DNA of 60,000 nucleotides from Squalus acanthias (lineage: Eukaryota). The notes beneath the pieces are model-generated. The model was not told where the DNA came from. It saw only the letters and a program-made list of their open reading frames with translations, and made no database searches. The DNA lies in contig CM059438.1 in assembly GCA_030390025.1 (NCBI GenBank), positions 58,592,001 through 58,652,000 on the forward strand, given 5' to 3'. A program made the position numbers and the translations under genes. Shown here in pieces: positions 12,349-25,710 of the stretch (within the stretch, counting starts at the first letter, position 1; the number at the start of each line of letters is the position of its first letter).

Positions 12349-15300
12349 AGAACATAAGAAATAAGAGCAGGAGTAGGCCATACAGCCCCTCGAGCCTGCT
12401 CCGCCATTCAATAAGATCATGGCTGATCATCGACCTCAACTCCACTTTCCCGCCCGACCTCCATATCCCTTGATTCCCCTAGAGTCCAATAATCTATCGA
12501 TCTCAGCCTTGAGTATACTCAAAGACTCAGTATCCACAGCCCTCTGGTGCAGAGACTTTCAAAGATTCACAACCCTCTGAGTGAAGAAATTCTTCCTCAT
12601 CTCAGTCTTAAATGGCCTACCCCTTATCCTGAGACTATGCCCCCTAGTTCTAGACGCTCCAGCCAGGGGAAACAACCTCTCAGCATCTACCCTGTCAATG
12701 CCCTTCAGAATCTTGTATGTTTCAATGAGATCACCCCTCATTCTTCTAAACTCCAGAGAGTATAGGCCCATTCTACACAATCTCTCATCATAGGACAGCC
12801 CTCTCATCCCAGGAATCAATCTAGTGAACCTTTGTTGCACTGCCTCCAAGGCAAATATATCCTTCCTTAGACAAGGAGACCAAAACTGTGCACAGTACTC
12901 CAGGTGTGGTCTCACCAAGGCCCTGTACAATTGTAGCAAGACTTCCTTACTCTTATACTCCAACCCCCTTGCAATAAAGGCCAACATTCCATTTGCCTTC
13001 CTTACTGCTTGCTGTACCTGCATGCTAGCTTTCTGTGTTTCTTACACGAGGACACCCAAATCTCTCTGAACACCAACATTTGAAAGTTTCTCACCATTTA
13101 AAAAATATTCTGTTTTTCTATTCTTCCTACCAAAGTGAATAACCTCACATTTCCCTACATTATACTCCATCTGCCACCTTACTGCCCACTCACTTAGTCT
13201 ATCTATATCCCTTTGCAGATTCTCCGTGTTCTCACAGCTTACTATCCCACCTAGCTTTGTATCATCAGCAAACTTGGATACATTACACTCGGTCCCTTCA
13301 TCTAGGTCATTAATATAGATTGTAAATAGCTGAGGCCCCAACACTGATCCTTGCAGCACCCCACTAATTACAGCCTGCCAACCTGAAAAAGATCCGTTTA
13401 TCCCTACTCTCTGTTTTCTGTCTGTTAACCAATCCTCTATCCGTGCTATTATATTCCCCCCCCCCCAATCCATGAGCCCTAATCTTGTGTAATAACCTTT
13501 TATGTGGCACCTTATCGAATGCCTTTTGGAAATCCAAATATACTACATCCACTGATTCCCCTTTATCTACCCTGCTAGTTACATCCTCAAAAAACTCTAG
13601 CAAATTTGTCAAACATGATTTCCCTTTCATAAAACCATGTTGACTCTGCCTAATCATGTTATGATTTTCTAAGTGACTTGATACAACTTCCTTAACAATG
13701 GATTCCAGCATTTTCCCGATGTCAGGCTAACTGACCTGTAGTTCCCTGTTTTTTTTCTCCCTCCTTTCTTGAATAGCGGTGTTACCTTTGCGACCTTCCA
13801 ATCCGCTGGGACCATTCCAGAATCTAGGGAATTTTGGAAGATCAAAACCAATGCATCCACTATCTCTTCAGCCCCCTCTTTTAGAACCCTAGGATGTAGG
13901 CCGTCAGGTCCAGGAGATTTGTCGGCGCTTAGTCCCATTAGTTTCTCTAGTATTTTTTCTCTACTTATATTAATTACGTTAAGTTCCACACCCTCATTAG
14001 ACCTTTGGTTCCCCACTATTTTTGGTATGCTTTTTGTGTCTTCTACTGTGAAGACAGATACAAAATATTTGTTTAACATCTCTGCCATTTCCTTATTCCC
14101 CATAATAATTTCTCTTGTCTCAGCCTCTAAGGGACCAGCGTTTACTTTTGCTACTCTTTTCCTTTTTACATACTTGTAGAAACTCTTACAATCTCAGAGA
14201 GATTTGGGTGTCCTCGTGCAAGAAACACAGAAAGCTAGCATATAGGTACAGCGAGCAATAAGGAAGGCAAATGGTATGTTGGCCTTTATTGCAAGGGGGT
14301 CGAAGTATAAGAGTAAGGAAGTCTTGCTACAATTTTACAGGGCCTTGGTGAGACCACACCTGGAGTACTGTGCACAGTTCTGGTCTCCTTATCTAAGGAA
14401 GGATATACTTGCCTTGGAGGCGGTGCAGCGAAGGTTCACTAGATTGATTCCTGGGATGAGAGGGCTGTCCTATGATGAGAGATTATGTAGAATGGGCCTA
14501 TACTCTCTGGAGTTTAGAAGAATGAGAGGTGATCTCATTGAAACATACAAGATTCTGAAGGGGATTGACAGGGTAGATGCTGAGAGGTTGTTCTACTGGC
14601 TGGAGTGTCTAGAACTAGGGGGCATAGTCTCAGGACAAGGGGTAGGCCATTTAAGACTGAGATGAGGAAGAATTTCTTCACTCAGAGGGTTGTGAATCTT
14701 TGGAATTCTCTGCCCCAGAGGGCTGTGAATGTTGAGTCTTTGGGTATATTCAAGGCTGAGATAGATAGATTTTTGGACTCTAGATGAATCAAGGGATATG
14801 GAGATCGGGCGGGAAAGTGGTGTTGAGGTCGATGATCAGCCATGATCTTATTGAATGGCGGAGCAGACTCGAGGGGCCGTATGGCCTACTCCTGCTCTTA
14901 CTTCTTATGTTCTTATATAATCTGCTTTTATATTTCTTGCTAGTTTTCTCTCATTCTATTTTTTCCCTTTTTATCAATTTTTTAGTCAACCTTTGCTGGT
15001 TTCTGAAACTCTCCCAATCCTCAGGGTTACTATTATTCTTTGCAACATCATAAGCTTCTTCTTTCAATCTAATGCTATACTTAACTTCTTTAGTTAGCCA
15101 CAGTTGGATCACTTTTCCCATTTTTGTTTCTCAATGGAATGTATTTTTGTTGAGAATTATGAAATATTTCTTTAAATGCTAGCCATTGCTTATCTATCGC
15201 CATACCTTTTAATCTATTTTTCCAATCTACCTTAGCCAACTCGCCCCTCATACCTATGTAATTGGCTTTATTTAAGTTTAAGACTCTACTTCCAGACTTA

Positions 15301-15520
15301 GGCAAGTCACTCTCAAAATTAACGTGAAATTCTGTCATATTATGAGCACTCTGCCCCAGAGGATCCTTTACTATGAGATTGCTAATTAACCCTGTCTCAT
15401 TACACAATACAAGATCTAAAATAGCCTGTTCCCTGGTTGATTCCATGACACATTGTTCTAGGAAACTGTCCCGAATGCATTCCATGAACTCGTCCTCCAG
15501 ACTACATTTGCCAATTTGAT
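12349..15520 (-). mobile_element. CR1 LINE (partial endonuclease plus RT), interrupted by an inverted CR1
   Basis: Minus-strand ORFs 12559-13023, 13042-13473, 13364-13711, 13669-14103 and 15090-15485 are CR1 ORF2 pieces; tail AGAACATAAGAAATAAG. Confidence 0.93.
14195..14915 (+). mobile_element. CR1 3' fragment nested in opposite orientation
   Basis: ORF MLAFIARG...RPHLEYC; own 3' tail CTTCTTATGTTCT; the host resumes at AATCT. Confidence 0.9.
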
Positions 15521-15524
15521 TTGT

Positions 15525-18500
15525 TTTTTAATGGGATGTGGGCGTCGCTGGAATGGCCAGCATTTATTGCACATCCCTAATTGCTCTTGAGAAGGTAGTG
15601 GTGAGCCGCCTGCTTGAACCACTGCAGTCCGTGCGATCAAGGTACTCCCACAGTACCTTTAGGTAGGGAGTTCAAGGATTTTGACCCAGCGATGATGAAG
15701 GAACGTCGATATACTTCTAAGTCAGGATGGTGTGTGACTTGGAGGGGAACGTGGAGATGGTGGTGCTCCCATGCGCCTGCTGCCCTTGTCCTTCTAGGTG
15801 GAAGAGGTCGTGGGTTTGGGAGGTGCTGCCGAAGAAGCCTTGGCGAATCTTACCTGCCACTTATCAACCCAAGCCTGAACGTCGTCCAGGTCTTGTTGCA
15901 TGCAGGCATGGACTGCTTCATTATCTGAGGAGTTGTGAATGGCACTGAACACTGTGCAGTCATCAGCGAACATCCCCAGTTCTGACCTTATGTTGGGGGG
16001 AAGGTCATTGATAAAGCAGCTGAAGATGGTCGAGCCTAGGACACTGCCCTGAGGAACTCCTGCAGTGATGTCCTGGGGCTGTGATGATTGACCTTCAATC
16101 ACCACAACCATCTTCCTTTGTGCTAGGCAACACGGTGGCATAGTGGTTAGCACTGGTGCCTCACAGCGCCAGAGACCCGGGTTCGAATCTGACCTCGGGT
16201 GACTGTCTGTGTGGAGTTTGCACATTCTCCCCGTGTCTGCGTGGGTTTCCTCCGGGTGCTCCGGTTTCCTCCCACTGTCCAAAAATGTGCGGGTTAGGTT
16301 GATTTGGCTATGATAAATTGACCCTTAGTGTTAGGGGGGGATTAAATATGTGGGGTTATGGGGATAGGATGGGATATGTTAGGGGGAATTAAATACGTGG
16401 GGTTACGGGGGTCAGGTGGGATATGTGTACTGTGGGGATTAAAGCAGGGACAGGGTACTGGATTTGAATGATCAGCCATGATCGTATTGAATGGTGGTGC
16501 AGGCTCGACGGGCCGAATGGCCTACTCCTGCTCCTAGATTCTATGTTTCTATGTATGTTTCTATGTATGACTCCAGCCAGTGGAGAGTTTTCACCCCGAT
16601 TCCCATTGACTTCAGTTTTACTAGGGCTCCTTGATGCCACACTCGGACAAATGCTGCCTTGATGTCAAGGGCAATCACTCTCACCTCACCTCTGGAATTC
16701 AGCTCCTTTGTCCATGTTTGGACCAAGGCTGTAATGAGGTCGGCAGCCGAGTGGTCTTGGCGGAACCCAAACTGAGCATCAGTGAGCAGGTTATTGGTGA
16801 GTAAGTGCCGCATGATAGCACTGTCGATGACACCTTCCATCACTTTGCTGATGATTGAGAGTAGACTGAGGGGGAGGTAATTGGCCGGATTGGATTTGTC
16901 CTGCTTTTTGTGGACAGGGACACACCTGGGCAGTTTTCCACATTGTCGTATAGATGCCAGTGTTGTAGCTGTATTGGAACAGCTTGGCTAGAGGCGCAGC
17001 TAGTTCTGGAGCACAAGTCTTCAGCACGATAGCCAAGATGTTGTCAATACCCATAGCCTTTGCTGTATCCAGTGCGCTCAGCTGTTTCTTGATATCACGT
17101 AGAGTGAATCAAATTGGCTGAAGACTGGCTTCTGTGATGGTGGGGACCTCAGAAGGAGGCCGATATGGATCATCCACTCGGCACTTCTGGCTGAAGATGG
17201 TTGCAAACGCTTCAGCCTTGTCTTTTGCACTCACGTGCTGGGCTCCACCATCATTGAGGATGGGGATATTCATGGAGCCTCCTCCTCCCGTTAGTTGTTT
17301 AATGGTCCACCACCATTCAAGACTGGATGTGGCAGGACTGCAGAGCTTTGATGTGATCCATTGATTGTGGGATCGCTTAGCCCTGACTATAGCGTGCTGC
17401 TTCTGCTTTTTAGCATGCATGTAGTGCCTGTGTTGCAACTTCCCCAGGTTGGTACCTCATTTTTAGGTACGCCTGGTGCTGCTCCTGACATGCTCTTCTA
17501 CACTCCTTATTGAACCAGGGTTGGTCCCCTGGCTTGATGGTAATGGTAGAGTGAGGGATATACCGTGAAGTTACAGATTGTGGTGGAATACAATTCTGCT
17601 GCTGCTGATGGCCCACAGCGCCTCATGGATGCCCAGTTTTGAGCTGCTTGATCTGTTCTGAATCTATCCCATTTAGCACGGTGGTAGTGCCACACAACAC
17701 GATGACGGGTGTCCTCAGTGTGAAGACAGGACTTCATCTCCACAATGACTGTGCGGTGGTCACTGCTACCAATACTGTCATGGACAAATGCATCTGCGAC
17801 AGGTAGATTGGTGAGGACGAGGTCAAGTAGGTTTTTCCCTCGTGTTGGTTCTCTCACCAGCTGTCGCAGGCCCAGACTGGCAGCTATGTCCTTCAGGACT
17901 TGGCCAGCTCGGTCAGTAGTGGTGCTATCGAGCCATCCTTGGTGATGGAAATTGAAGTCCCCCCCCCAGAGTACATTCTGTGCCCTTGCTACTCTCAGTG
18001 CTTCTTTCTGGTGTTCAACATGGAGGAGTACTGATTCATCAGCTGAGGGAGGGCGGTAGGTGCTAATCAGCAGGGGGTTTCCTTGCCAATGTTTGACCTG
18101 ATGCCATGAGACTTCATGGGGTCCGGAGTCAATGTGGAGGACTCTCAGGGTCACTCCCTCCTGACTGCATACCACTGTGCCGCTACCTTTGGTGGGTCTG
18201 TTCTGCTGGTAGGGCTGGCCATACCCAGGGTTGGTGATTGAGGAGTTTGAGATGTTGGCTGATACGCAAGTCTGACTATGTCAGGCTGTTACTTGACTAA
18301 TCTGTGGGACAGCAACTCCCAATTCTGGCACAAGTCCCCAGATGTTAGTGAAGAGGACTTTGCAGGGTCGACCGGGCTGGGTGGGCCTTTGTCGTCTCCG
18401 AATCCGATGCCGGGTGGTCCATCCAGTTTTATTCTCATTATACTTTTTTCTAGCGATTTGATACAATTGAGTGCCTTGCTAGGCCATTTCAGAGGCAGTT

Positions 18501-18768
18501 AAGAGTTAATCACATTGCTGTGGGTCTGGAGTCACATATAGGCCAGACCGGGTAAGGACAGCAGATTTCCTTCCCTCAAGGACATTAGTGAACCAGATGG
18601 GTTTTTACGTCAATCCGATAGTTTCATGGTCACCATTACTGATACTAGCTTGTTGTTCCATATTTATTTAATTAACTGAATTCAAATTCACAAACTGCCA
18701 TGGTGGAATTTGAACTCACGTCTCCAGATTATTAGTCCAATAACATAAACACTATGCTACCGTACTCG
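15525..18768 (-). mobile_element. Non-CR1 APE-RT LINE (RTEX/Jockey-like, clade tentative), near full length, decayed, with a tRNA-like 5' head
   Basis: Endonuclease motifs YRPP, GDFN, LDLVLTN, SDH; RT motifs [23 protein letters not shown]; 3' end AATAAATGCTGGCC...CGCCCACATCCC. Homologous to 56470-59378. Confidence 0.88.
16126..16565 (+). mobile_element. HE1-type V-SINE (tRNA head, V-domain core, CR1/HER1 tail)
   Basis: A box TGGCATAGTGG, B box GGTTCGAATC, V-domain GTGGAGTTTGCACATTCTCCCCGTGTCTGCGTGGGTTTCCTCCGGGTGCTCCGGTTTCCTCCCAC, and tail GGGCCGAATGGCCTACTCCTG. Splits the LINE at TGCTAGG|TATGAC. Confidence 0.9.
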
Positions 18769-19247
18769 CTAAACCCCGGTGTGATTCTGGTGAATCTGCG
18801 CTGTACCCTCTCCAAGACCAATATATCCTTCCTGAGGTGCGGTGCCCAAAACTGAACACACTACTCTAGCTAGGGGTTACAAAAGAACCACATGGAGATG
18901 AGAACCCCACCAGACTGACCCATGCAGAAATTGGACCAGGATCCAATGGACAGGGAGGTAAGACCAGGGGAACTTTACAGTTGAAGCATGGAGATTATCC
19001 AAAGTAAACATGAGAAGGCACTCTAAGCAAATAGAGCACCCAGCAGAGGCTTGTGCAGCAGAAGTTCGATCCCATGTCTGCTCAGTTAACAATTGGGGCA
19101 CAAAAGTTGGCCTCAGCACCCTCTGCTATGGAGGGGAAAAACCCAGCCAGGCCTCCTGGTCACTATCCAGTGACCCCTGCTGAAAAGTGCATGTGTTCAA
19201 ACTGCAGTGAGGTCACTCACGTACTGCACGGCTGGAGTGAGGTCACC

Positions 19248-20918
19248 CAAGGAAACTAATACTGAATCGGGGACGTGGACTCACCAAAATTAATGTAAGC
19301 AAAGTAACAGTAATGAAGTAAATAATGGCACTATGAGTGACAAACCCCCAGGACCAGATGGTTTCCATCACAGGGATTAAAGAAAGGAAGTAGGTGAGCA
19401 CATTGCAGATGCCCTAACTATAATCTTCCAAAGTTCTCTAGATTCAGGAACTGTCCCTTTAGATTGGGAAAATTGCACATGTCACTCCGTTATTTAAGAA
19501 AGGTGAGGGGGGAAACCAGGGGATTATAGGCCAGTTAGCCCAACATCTGTTGTCAGGAAATTGCTAGAGTCTATAATTAAGGATAGGGTGTCTGAACACC
19601 TCGAAACTTTTCAGTTGATGAGAGAGAGCCAGCACGGATTTGTGAACGGTAGGTCATGCCTGACAACCTGATTGAATTTTTTGAAGAGATGACTAAAGTA
19701 ATGGACAGGGGAATGTCTATGGATGTTATTTATATGGACTTCCAGAAGGCATTTAATAAAGTCCCACATAAGAGACTGTTAGCTAAAGTTGAAGCTCATA
19801 GAATTGAAGGCAAATTATTGACCTGGTTAGGAAATTGGCTGAGCGGCAGGAGACAGAGTAGGGATAATGGGTAGGTACTCAAATTGGCAGAATGTGACTA
19901 GTGGTGTCCCGCAGGGATCTGTGTTGGGGTCTCAACTATTCACCGAATTTATTAATGACTTAGATGACGAGATAGAGAGCCACATATCCAAGTTTGCCGA
20001 TACCCCAAAGATATGCGACATTTTAAGCAGTATAGATGGAAGCATAACACTACAAAAAGATATTAATAGATTAAGTGAATGGGCAAAACTGTGGCAAATG
20101 GATTTCAATACAGGAATGTGTGAGTTCATCCACTTTGGACCTAAAAAGGATAGATCAGAGTACATTCTAAATGGAGAAAAGGTAGAAACAGCGGAGGTCC
20201 AAAGAGACTTAGGGGTCCATGTATGTAGATCGTTAAAATATCATGGACAGGTACAGAAAATAATTAGAAAGGCTAATGGAATGCTGGCCTTTATATCTAG
20301 AGGACTAGAATACAAGGGAGTAGAAGTTATGCTACAGCTATACAAAGGCCTGGTTAGACCACACCTGGAGTACTGTGAGCAGTTCTGGGCACCACACCTC
20401 AGGAAGGATATATTGGCCTTGGAGGGAGTGCAGCTTAGATTTACCAGAATGATACCTGGACTCCAAATGTTAAATTACGAGGAGGGATTACACAAACTAG
20501 GGTTGTATTCCCTGGAATTTAGAAGGTTAAGCGTGATTTGATCGAAGTTTTCAAGATATTAAGGGGAATTGATAGGGTAGATAGAGAGAAACTATTTCCA
20601 CTGGTTGGGGATTCTAGGACTAGGGGACATAGCCTAAAGGTTAGAGCCAGGCCTTTCAAGATTGTAGTTAGGAAACACTTCTACACACAAAGGGTGACAG
20701 AACTTTGGAACTCTCTTCCACAAACAGCGGTTGTTGCTAAGTCAATTGTTAATTTTAAATCTGAGATTGATAGATTTTGTTAACCAAAGGTATTAAGGAT
20801 ATGGGACAAAGGCGGGTATATGGAGTTAGGTCACAGATCAGCCATGATCTCATTGAATGGTGGAACAAGGTCGAGAAGCTGAATGGCCTACACCTGTTCC
20901 TATATTCCTATGTTCCTA
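19248..20918 (+). mobile_element. 5'-truncated CR1 LINE inserted into a minisatellite
   Basis: RT ORFs 19656-19874, 19867-20541, 20538-20783; tail TTCCTATGTTCCTA; TGAGGTCAC repeat units on both flanks. Confidence 0.92.
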
Positions 20919-21716
20919 TGAGGTCACTCATGTCCTGCACGACTGCAGTGAGGTCACGCATGTACTGCACGACTGGAGTGAGGTCACTCACGTACTGCAC
21001 GACTGGAGTGAGGTCACTCACGTACTGCACGACTGGAGTGAGGTCACTCATACTGCACGACTGGAGTGAGGTCACGCATGACTGCACGACTGGAGTGAGG
21101 TCACTCATACTGCACGACTGGAGTGAGGTCACATGTACTGCACGACTGGAGTGTGGTCACTCATACTGCACGACTGGAGTGAGGTCACTCATACTGCACG
21201 ACTGGAGTGAGGTCACTCATACTGCACGACTGGAGTGAGGTTACTCAGTACTGCACGACTGGAGTGAGGTCACGCACGTACTGCACGACTGGAGTGAGGT
21301 CACTCATACTGCACGACTGGAGTGAGGTCACACATGTACTGCACGACTGGAGTGAGGTCACGCACGTACTGCACGACTGGAGTGAGGTCACTCATACTGC
21401 ACGACTGGAGTGAGGTCACGCACGTACTGCACGACTGGAGTGAGATCACGCACGTACTGCACGACTGGAGTGAGGTCACTCACATACTGCACGACTGGAG
21501 TGACGTCACTCGTACTGCACGACTGGAGTGAGGTCACGCACGTACTGCACGACTGGAGTGAGGTCACTCGTACTGCACGACGAGTGAGGTCACTCACGTA
21601 CTGCACGACTGCAATGAGGTCACTCACGTACTGCACTGAGGTCACGCACGTACTGCACGACTGCAGTGAGGTCACGCACGTACTGCACGACTGGAGTGAG
21701 GTCACGCACGTACTGC
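20919..21716. repeat. 30-bp (and 26-bp) minisatellite GACTGGAGTGAGGTCACTCACGTACTGCAC
   Basis: Tandem units seen directly; further units at 19200-19247 on the other side of the CR1. Confidence 0.95.
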
Positions 21717-22105
21717 TGATTGGAGTTAAAGCTGGTTCTGAAGCAGTCAGCAATGAGCTACACCCTGAGGGTGGCTGCTAGCAGGAACCAGAAGAGCAGG
21801 TCCTACCTACGAGCCGATCGATCACTGGGTAACACACAGGTTCATTCAAGAGGAAGTAAATCAAGAGGAAAATTCCCCCCCAGTAAAGAAACATTTCATT
21901 AAAGTCTACTTAAGACAGCTCACCAGTCACTTTCTGAATTTATTATTATTAACAAAGTTTGTCTATTTTATGACCTCATGTGTAGTTTCCTAGAGACATG
22001 TGGTCCACAGGTGGATGCCCTGCTCCCACAGCCCCCGAGCTAATATATAATTCATCACTAAGAGAGGCACAATACAGGCTGAGTTAGCACACCAAACACA
22101 CCCCT

Positions 22106-22131
22106 CCCCCCCCCCCCCCCCCCCCCCCCCC
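22106..22131. repeat. Poly-C tract (26 nt)
   Basis: Seen directly. Confidence 0.9.
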
Positions 22132-22177
22132 ATGGTCTATATATAGAATAACAGATAGCCGGGAGTGAGTTACAGAT

Positions 22178-23240
22178 ACTGATTCAATAGTAGCCTTCAA
22201 AAGGGAATTGGATAAATACTTGAAGGAGAAAAATTGCTGAGATATGGGGAAAGAGCGGGGGAGTGGGACTAACTGGATTGCTCTTCGAAAGAGCTGGCAC
22301 AGACTCGATGGGCCGAATGGCCTCTTTCTGTGCTGTACTATTCTATGATTCCCTTTTGGAGTCCGTGCTGACTATTTATTATATTTTCAGTTTCTAGATG
22401 GTTTTCTATTACATCTTTGAGTAAGGATTCCATTATCTTTCCTACCACTGATGTTAAGCCAATTGGTCTATAGTTCCCTGGACTTGTTCTTTTTAAATAT
22501 AGGAATCACATTCACTGACTGCCAGTCCTCTGGCACTATTTCCTTTTCTGATGAATTTTTATATATCTGTAATAATGCCTCTGCTATCTCTCCCCGAACT
22601 TATTTTTATATGCGCGGATACAATCCAGCAGGACCAGCGGTTTTATCCTCTCTTAAGTTTAATTAGTTTATCAATGATCTCCCCCATTTCTATCTTAAAT
22701 ACCTTTATATCTTTTTTGATCTATTCTTCTAGTGTTATGGTTACCCTGTTAGTCTCCCTGGTAAATACCGAGACAAAGTAATTATTTAAAATTCTGCTAT
22801 TTCGCCGTCATTACCCTTGAGTTTATTGTGTGTATCCCTCAGTGGCCTATTCTGATTTCTCTTCTGTTATTTATGTGTCTGTAGAATACTTTATTATTTC
22901 TTTTTATATTCCTTGATCATTTAATGTTGTAGTTTCTCTTTGCCTTCCTAAATGTTTTTTTGACTTCTTTCCCAACCTTTTTGTATTCCCTTCTGTCACC
23001 CTCTCCTTTGTTGTCTATGTACTCAGTGTGTGTCTTTTTCTTTCGTTTCAATTTTGCCCTTATTTCTTCATTCATCCACAGTGTGTCAGTACTGGCTAGT
23101 TTGTTCGTGCTTTTTAGTGGGATATATTTCTCCTGGACTTGCTGTATTCAATGTTTCCCACTGCTGTTCTATTTCCATGTTTCTGTGTTCTAATCCCCTC
23201 AACTTTTCCAGATGGTAGCGAGTTCCACATTCTAACCACG
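22178..23240. mobile_element. CR1 fragments (+ strand 3' UTR to about 22350, then decayed - strand ORF2)
   Basis: GATGGGCCGAATGGCCT tail, followed by a degenerate reverse NYRP/PGPDG region. Confidence 0.7.
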
Positions 23241-23764
23241 TTCTTGTATAATGTTGATTATATATCGGGAGACATGAATGATTTTTGAACTAACTACGGT
23301 TAGACACACAGACACACCTCAGTGGAGTCAGACAGGGAGAAAGGGGATGGTTTGTTCTGGTAATTACCTGTACATAGGAGGAACATAGGAACAGGAGTTC
23401 CTCAACCCTGTTCTGCCATTCAGTTAGATCATGGAACAGAGAGGGACAAGAAAGGTTGTGACACAAAGAGAGAGCTTGAAGGTAGAGGTGAGGGAAGGAT
23501 TACCTAGCGGTTGGAAGCTTTCTCCTGTCTCAGATTGTGAGTGGTACTTGAAGTAACTCCCCAGAATGTGAATTGAGAATAATGGAGACTGAAGAGGCAG
23601 TTTAGGAAGCCTCGCCAGTCCTGTATATAACATGGTGATACCCAGTTTGGAGTGTCTCTTCAACCATGTGCAGATGGTTCTGAGAATCAGTCACCTACCA
23701 GTGTGTAATGCATGCAATGTGTATTTGATGTTCAGCGAGCAACGGAAACTTGCAGTAGAGATTA

Positions 23765-24112
<348 letters not shown>

Positions 24113-24399
24113 TCACAGCACTATTAACCTGGAGGGCCCAGGCCCAAATGGGAAAGGAGTCGGAACAGCAATCGTGTTTAGGCCCATTGTTTCCCATCCA
24201 GCACCCCCCCACTTCACAGGGATCTTCCCATCTTCCCAACCTCCCAGTTAATACCAACACTCTTCTCACCCCCCCCCCCTCCACACCCTTGCCTATACTG
24301 GCAGTCTCTCTCCCCTTCCTTCCCCCATTCAGTGCAGGCACTCTTTCTCCTCCCCAGTCAAGAAATTACACTCCTCTCCCCCCTCCCCTCATTGAAGGC

Positions 24400-25710
24400 T
24401 AGAATTACATAGAATCTACAGAAACAGGCCATTCGGCCCAACTGATCCATGCCGGTGTTTATAGTCCACACGAGCCTCCTCCCACCCTACTTCCCTCTTC
24501 CCACCTGCTCCCAGATCCCTCTATTCCCTTCTCCCTCATGTTTGCATCAAGCCTCCCTTTAAATGTATCAATGCTATCTGTTTCAACCACTCCATGTGGT
24601 CGAGAGTTCCACATTTCCACCACTCACTTGTGTAAAGAAATTCCTCCTAAGCTCTTTATTTGATCTGTTAGTCACTAACTTATATTTATGCCCCCTTGTT
24701 CTCGACTCCCTGACTAGTGGAAACAGTTTCTCCACATCCACCCTATCGAACCCCTTCATAATTGTAAAGACTTGTATCAGGTCTCCTCTTAGTCTTCTCT
24801 TTTCCAGAGAAAGCAGCCTCAGTCTACTCAATCTTTCCTGACAGTTGCATCCCCTCAATTCTGGGATCATCCTTGTAAATCTTTTCTGCACTTTCTCCAG
24901 TGCTTCAACATCCTTTGTGTAGTATGGAGCCGAGGGCTGTGCACAGCACTCCAAGTGTAGTCTAACCAAGGCGCTATATAAATTCAACAATACTTCCTTG
25001 CTTTTGTACTCTATTCTCTAGGAATTAACGCCAATACTTTGTTTTGACTCTTTATGGCCTTACCAACTAGTGATGCTGCTTTTAGTGATTTATATATCTT
25101 TATTTCCAGATCTCTTTGCTCCTCTACCCCATTTAGTTTCTTATCTTCCACGTAATAAGTGGCCTTCTTATTCCTCTGACCAAATAGACCATCTCACACG
25201 TCTCGATGTTGATTTTTTTATCCATTTATCCGCCCACTCTGCCAGCCTATTTATGTTTTCCTGTATTTTAGTGCAATCCTCCACCTTATCAGCTCTGCTC
25301 CCCAATTTTGTATCATCTGCAAATTGCGACACCATACCTCCAATTCCCAAGTCCAAATCTTTTCTGTATATGGTGAACACCAATGGTTTCAGCACAGATC
25401 CCTGCAGGACATCACTTCCCACTTCCTGTCAGTCCGAGAATCTTCCCTTAACTCCTACCCTCTGTTTTCTGTGTGTAGACACCGTTCAATCCATTCTGCT
25501 TCCTGACCCCTGTCTCCACAGGCCCTGACCTTTGTTATGAGTCTCTCATGTGGTACCTTATCGAAGGCCTTCCGAAAGTCCATGTACATCACACCCATCG
25601 CATTACCCTCATCTACTCTTTCTATTACTTCTTCAAAGAACTCAATAAGGTCGGTTAAACATGACCGTCCTTGTAGAAATCCATGCTGAGTATTTTTTAT
25701 TATATTCTCT
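24400..25710 (-). mobile_element. Decayed CR1 LINE
   Basis: Minus ORFs with [29 protein letters not shown]1 3' UTR near 24400-24560. Confidence 0.88.

Noticed and set aside
16126..16200. tRNA gene
   Set aside because: It is the tRNA-derived head of a SINE and runs into the V-domain; the same applies to the Deu-SINE heads.
20919..21716. CRISPR-like array of about 30-bp palindromic repeats
   Set aside because: Units are directly tandem with no unique spacers, there are no cas genes, and the context is a vertebrate intron.
22106..22131. Functional poly-C/G element
   Set aside because: Homopolymer length is unreliable in assemblies and there is no supporting context.
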